Shown here: piece by piece, positions 24,569 through 26,720 of the stretch
How the letters are laid out: the number at the start of each line of letters is the position of its first letter
Position numbering within the stretch: the first letter of the stretch is position 1
Translations under genes and position numbers: made by a program
Virus record (IMG/VR): IMGVR_UViG_3300014720_000155
Coordinates: 1 to 26,720 of that record
Length of the DNA: 26,720 bases
Direction: 5' to 3' (one strand)
Origin: a virus
Lineage: Duplodnaviria; Caudoviricetes
The notes under the pieces: model-generated
Databases searched by the model: none
Seen by the model: the letters and a program-made list of their open reading frames with translations, nothing else
Told to the model about the DNA's origin: nothing

Positions 24569-26720
24569 ATGAATAAAGAAATTTTTATAAAGAAGAGAAA
24601 TGGTAACACCGAGAAATTCAACGCAGACAAGATCAACAAGATCTTACAATGGGCTACAGAGGATATAAAAGGAGTTGGTTTTGAAGAAGTTGCAATGAAT
24701 GCACATTTGTCATTCTTCGATGGTATGACTTCTAAGGATATACATTCAATGTTGATTGAGGCTTCGGCTAATCTTATTACAGAGGAAAAGCCTAACTATC
24801 AATATGTAGCCTCACGTTTGTTAAACTATCAGTTGAGAAAGAATGTCTGGGGAGGTAAGAATCCACCCAAACTATATGATCTAGTTAAATTAAATATTGA
24901 CGCTTTGGTTTATGATGACAATATTCTCAATTGGTATAGTAAACAAGAGTTTGATAAGTTAGATGAATTTCTAAAGCATGATCGTGATTTTAATTTCACT
25001 TATGCTGGTATCAAACAATTGTGTGATAAGTACTTGGTACAAAATCGTATTACTAAAACCATCTATGAAACTCCACAGTTTGCATATATGCTTATTGCCA
25101 TGACTTTCTTTAAAGATTATAAAGAAAAGAGACTAGATTATGTCAAGAAGGCTTACAACTATTTTAGTAAGCATAAGATTAATCTACCAACGCCTATTAT
25201 GGCGGGTGTAAGAACTCCTATGAAGAGTTATGCTAGCTGTTCACTATTTAGTGTAGACGACGATCTACGTAGTATTTTCAGCAACAATAGTGCTGTAGGA
25301 TTTGCTACTGCTAGTCGTTATGGTATCGGATTGAATCTATCCAGACTACGTGCTACTAACGCACCAATTCGTAATGGCGAAGTTGTACATACAGGTCCAA
25401 TTCCATTCAGTAAGGCATTTGAATCAACCGTAAAGAGTTGTCATCAAAATGGAATTAGAGGGGGCAGTGCCACCGTCAACTTCGCTTGGTTTCATTATGA
25501 TATTCTTGATATTCTTGTATTGAAGAACAATCAAGGTACTGATGACAATCGTGTACGTAAACTAGATTATTGTATTGGTTTAGATAAACTAATCTTTGAA
25601 CGATTTATTAAGAATCAAGATGTAACACTATTCAGTTATCACGAATGTGCTTCCCTTTGGAATACTTTCGGTATGGAAGGATTCAAAGAAAAGTATGAAA
25701 AGGCTGAGACTAATAAGAACATCAAATTCAAAAAGAAAGTACCGGCTAGAGAATTGATAGGACTACTTGCTAAAGAACGTCTTGAAACCGGACGTATTTA
25801 TACAATGTTTGTTGATCATGCCAATGAACACGGTAGTTGGTTGGATCAAGTAGATACAAGCAATCTATGCCTTGAAGTCAATCATCCATTAACTCCAATT
25901 TATGATGTTAATGATTCAAATGGTGAAATTGGTGTATGTGTATTAGCAGCACTAAATTGGTTGGAGATCAAAGATGACGATGAAATGGCAAGTGTTTGTG
26001 ATATTATTGTCAGAATGTTGGATGCTTTGATTGATCATCAAGAATATTTTGTACCAGCCGCAAAGAATTTTGCTACTAAACGTCGTAGTCTTGGTGTAGG
26101 TGTAAGCAACTTGGCTGCTCTATTGGCTAAGGAAGATTTAAAGTATTGGGATACCAAGACTCCAAACTTTGTCGCTAAGTGGATGGAAAAGACAAGTTAT
26201 TATTTGATTAAGGCAAGTGTTGAAATGGCTAAAGAAGTTGGTAAATGTGAAAAGTTTGAACGTACTAAATTTAGCCAAGGAGTTCTACCAATTGATACCT
26301 ACAAAAAAGATGTAGACGAATTTATTAAAGAACCTCTACATTGTGATTGGGAAACATTACGTGGTGAAATCAAGAAGTATGGAATGCGTCATAGTACACT
26401 TACTGCTTGTATGCCTGTAGAGTCTAGTAGTGTAATTCAAAGCAGCACCAATGGTATCGAACCACCTCGTAGTGCTATTAGCTTCAAGGGTAGTAAGAGT
26501 AACATTTTGCCTGTGGTAGTTCCTAATATTGATAAGTATAAGGATAACTATACATTTGCTTTTGATATGCCAAGCAATGAAGGATATCTAAAGGTAGCAG
26601 CAGCTATTCAAAAATTTACGGATATGAGTATTAGTACAAATACTTACTATATTCCATCTCGTTATGATAAAAATAAAGTTCCTGTTCAAGAAGTGATCAA
26701 GGATATGTTACTGGCCTACA
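24569..26720 (+). CDS. nrdA: Class Ia ribonucleotide reductase alpha subunit, 3'-truncated at the window end (not in the ORF track)
   Basis: Manual translation MNKEIFIKKRNGNTEKFNADKI (ATP cone), PNYQYVASRL, ETPQF, LPTPIMAGVRT..YASC, SNLCLEV, RRSLGVGV and MPVESSS..STNGIEPP. Confidence 0.96.
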   Translation, partial: MNKEIFIKKRNGNTEKFNADKINKILQWATEDIKGVGFEEVAMNAHLSFFDGMTSKDIHSMLIEASANLITEEKPNYQYVASRLLNYQLRKNVWGGKNPPKLYDLVKLNIDALVYDDNILNWYSKQEFDKLDEFLKHDRDFNFTYAGIKQLCDKYLVQNRITKTIYETPQFAYMLIAMTFFKDYKEKRLDYVKKAYNYFSKHKINLPTPIMAGVRTPMKSYASCSLFSVDDDLRSIFSNNSAVGFATASRYGIGLNLSRLRATNAPIRNGEVVHTGPIPFSKAFESTVKSCHQNGIRGGSATVNFAWFHYDILDILVLKNNQGTDDNRVRKLDYCIGLDKLIFERFIKNQDVTLFSYHECASLWNTFGMEGFKEKYEKAETNKNIKFKKKVPARELIGLLAKERLETGRIYTMFVDHANEHGSWLDQVDTSNLCLEVNHPLTPIYDVNDSNGEIGVCVLAALNWLEIKDDDEMASVCDIIVRMLDALIDHQEYFVPAAKNFATKRRSLGVGVSNLAALLAKEDLKYWDTKTPNFVAKWMEKTSYYLIKASVEMAKEVGKCEKFERTKFSQGVLPIDTYKKDVDEFIKEPLHCDWETLRGEIKKYGMRHSTLTACMPVESSSVIQSSTNGIEPPRSAISFKGSKSNILPVVVPNIDKYKDNYTFAFDMPSNEGYLKVAAAIQKFTDMSISTNTYYIPSRYDKNKVPVQEVIKDMLLAY

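Larger units (their letters stand above)
1..26720 (+). mobile_element. Segment of a large T4-like myovirus genome (tail/baseplate module followed by replication module)
   Basis: Co-oriented, densely packed genes for tail tube, tape measure, baseplate, gp32-like SSB, RecA/UvsX, 5'-3' exonuclease, helicase and NrdA; no cellular housekeeping context, integrase or att site seen. Confidence 0.93.

Noticed and set aside
25795-25802. TATTTATA inside nrdA
   Set aside because: It lies within a conserved coding segment (GRIY) and is expected by chance in AT-rich DNA
1-26720. Stop-codon reassignment as seen in some large phages
   Set aside because: Conserved genes are full length under the standard code, and TAA, TGA and TAG each end a gene or ORF at a sensible position
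20828-26720. Inteins or introns in the recombinase, helicase or nrdA genes
   Set aside because: Lengths and motif spacing are ordinary, and no intein or homing endonuclease motifs were seen

Overview
All supported genes are on the + strand of an AT-rich, large T4-like myovirus genome with the standard genetic code. The left part (1-15912) is a tail/baseplate region. It holds the 3' part of a modular tail fibre, a HAD-phosphatase/nucleotidyltransferase fusion, a gp19-like tail tube, an HxGH nucleotidyltransferase, a gp26-like hub/tail-assembly chaperone, a tape measure with 111-bp repeats, a tube-initiator-like protein, a LysM/gp53-like wedge protein and a hub-like protein. The right part is a replication region: a short atypical family A polymerase, two hypotheticals, gp32-like SSB, RecA/UvsX, 5'-3' exonuclease, gp41/DnaB helicase and a 3'-truncated class Ia nrdA missing from the ORF track. 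The main observations are: (1) a start-less gp51-like ORF reachable by a +1 (or -2) frameshift at TTT TTT T GG just before the tape measure gene; (2) two promoter classes, a TATTTAT(A/T) motif before virion genes and sigma70-like promoters before replication genes; (3) three enzymes or nuclease-like proteins behind the TATTTAT motif whose domain borders carry (L/I)xE motifs, suggesting protease-processed virion cargo; (4) a T4 gene-32-like autoregulatory leader; (5) a PolA with non-canonical motif A, B and C residues. All calls come from reading motifs by eye; no database searches were run.
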